Position numbers and translations under genes: made by a program. The notes beneath the pieces were generated by a model. The model did no database searches and had not been told where the DNA came from. It saw only the letters and a program-made list of their open reading frames with translations. Below are positions 62,150 to 64,000 of a DNA stretch of 64,000 nt, in pieces. Source of the DNA: the human T2T-CHM13v2.0 reference genome, Homo sapiens; assembly GCF_009914755.1 (NCBI RefSeq), contig NC_060940.1; one strand, written 5' to 3'. Each line of letters begins with the position of its first letter. Position 1 is the first letter of the stretch.

Positions 62150-62446
62150 TTTGTTTTTTTTTTTGAGACAGAGTCCCGCTCTGTCACCCAGGCTGCAGTG
62201 CAGTGGCGCAATCTCGGCTCAGTGCAACTTCTGCCTCCCAGGTTCAAGTGATTCTCCTGCCTCAGCCTCCTGAGTACCTGGGATTTCAGGCACGCACCAC
62301 CATGCTCGGCTAATTTTTTTGTATTTTTAGTAGAGATGGGGTTTTGCCATGTTAGCCAGGCAGTCTCAAACTCCTGACCTCAGGCGATCCACCCACCTCG
62401 GCCTCCCAAAGTGCTGGGATTACAGGCGTGAGCCACCGCGCCCGGC
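62150..62446 (-). mobile_element. AluS-type SINE
   Basis: Antisense dimer. Confidence 0.93.
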
Positions 62447-62761
62447 TGTGGCTGCGGTTTTCTTACGTTTTCCAGTTAGCCCACTGCGAAGACAGCTTAT
62501 CCATGGGCCTTCCCATATGCTAATAGGCATTCTCCCTGATGGCATTCTCCCTGACGGCAGCAGTGGGATTTTCTGATATCTGGTTTGGGAAGACATAACC
62601 AGTCCCCTGAGATGAGTTGTGTATTTCCAAAGTGATGGCGAACACCATGGTTGTCCGCTATTCCTGAAAGTTCTATTGCTTTTCAACCACAAGTGTAACT
62701 GGAAAATAATTACCACTACCATAAGGGAAATATATAAAAAGAACTCAGAACACAAACTAGA

Positions 62762-63127
62762 TGATACGGCTTGGCTCTGTGTCCCCACCCAAATCTCATC
62801 TTGAATTGTTAATCCCCATAATCCCCACGTGTGGAGAGTGGGACCTGGTGGGAGGTGAATGGATTGTGGAGGTAGTTTCCCCCACGCTGTTCTCGTGATA
62901 GTGAGTTCTCATGAGATCTCATGGTTTTGTGTTTGACAGTTCCTCCTACGCACACACTCTCTCACCTGCCACCACATAAGATGTCCCTGCTTCTCCTTCC
63001 ACCATGATTGTAAGTTTCCTGAGGCCTCCCCAGCCATGCAGAACTGTGAGTCAATTGAACCTCTTTCCTTTATAAATTACCCAATCTCACGCGGTTCCTT
63101 GCAGCAGGGTGAAAACAGACTAATACG
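62762..63127 (+). mobile_element. MaLR LTR (THE1D-like)
   Basis: tgatacggcttggctctgtgtccccacccaaatctcatcttgaattg...aacagactaatac. Confidence 0.88.
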
Positions 63128-63522
63128 CTTTATGCTCATTATTTAACATCAGAAGTCCCTTCTAGTAGTGGCAAACCAGGCCTGAACTCAGTCCCACTGA
63201 GTCTACCAGCTAAATATCTGATTCTTTCCCCTTCTCTCCGTTGCTACTCCTTATCAAAAAGAGTTTCACTCACGACTGTTACTCCCTTTACTCAAAGGAA
63301 ACACAAAAATTTTTACCATGACCCACACAACGAGCTCCTAGTTTCTTTGCTTGTCAGGCAAGGGAGCACACACCATGCATGGCTCTGCCAGAAGACACAG
63401 CAGCTGGGGTGTTGGTGTGTGTGTCAGAGGGTGAGTGTGCTAATTAAGGATCAATTCCTGCTCTCTAGGTGGGACGGAATGAGTCTATAAGCCCCTGTGC
63501 AATTCGTTAAAACAAGTCCCAC

Positions 63523-63850
63523 TGGCCAGGTGTGTGGCTCACACCTGTAATGCCAGCCCTTTGGGAGGCCCAGCTGGACACTTGAGGTCAGGAGCTCAAG
63601 ACCAGCCTGGCTAACACAGTGAAACCCCATCTCTACTAAAAACACAAAACAGTAAAACCCCATCTCTACTAAAAATACAAAAATTAGCTGGGCATGGTGG
63701 CAGGCACCTGTAATCCCAGCTACTCAGGAGCTGAGGCAGGAGAATCACTTGAACCCGGGAGGCAGAAGCTGCAGTAAGCTCTGATTGCGCCACTGCACTC
63801 CAGCCTGGGCGACAGAGTGAGACTCTGTCTCAAAAAAAAAAAAAAAAAAA
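63523..63850 (+). mobile_element. AluS-type SINE with a 33-bp internal duplication
   Basis: aaaccccatctctactaaaaa(c/t)acaaaa is repeated. Confidence 0.92.
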
Positions 63851-63966
63851 GAAACGGTCTTCAGTTATGTCCAGAGAGGGTCTAGCATAGCTAAGCTGAT
63901 GTTCAAAATTCAGAGTTGTTCATAGTTGTTTATCAGACCCAACTGTGGTGAATCACAGTATCCAGC

Positions 63967-64000
63967 TTTTTTTTTTTTTTTTTTTTTTGAGACAGAGTCT
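63967..64000 (-). mobile_element. Alu 3' end (continues beyond the window)
   Basis: Poly-T followed by gagacagagtct. Confidence 0.85.

Noticed and set aside
61727-62560. Short direct repeats (ctaaaaattacac x2; ggcattctccctga x2) and ORFs at 61770-62166
   Set aside because: Ordinary slippage duplications; the ORFs have no recognisable homology.

Overview
Primate (human-like) genomic DNA, dominated by transposon debris: roughly 50 Alu copies or fragments, old L1M/L1MA/L1PA pieces, L2/MIR/L3, MaLR/ERVL/ERV1 LTRs and hAT DNA transposons. I found no intact protein-coding gene; the ORF track is almost all Alu, L1, LTR or low-complexity read-through. The most informative non-repeat feature is an intron-containing, three-exon fragment of WDR59 (GATOR2 subunit) at ~41.3-42.6 kb (+). 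It has a 1-nt frameshift, has lost its first acceptor and has no neighbouring WDR59 exons, so it is a partial unprocessed pseudogene. Other notable structure: (i) a complete two-LTR MER4-group provirus (5.0-10.4 kb) with an antisense MER52-like LTR nested in it; (ii) a small CpG island with a palindromic CTCF-like site (11.8-12.1 kb), bracketed by a ~260-bp inverted duplication with a fold-back hairpin at its junction; (iii) an old, diverged ~41-bp tandem array (22.1-23.7 kb); (iv) several local templated-insertion or micro-inversion scars. Repeat subfamily names come from recalled consensus sequences and need RepeatMasker/Dfam confirmation; boundaries are approximate to a few bases unless a TSD is quoted.
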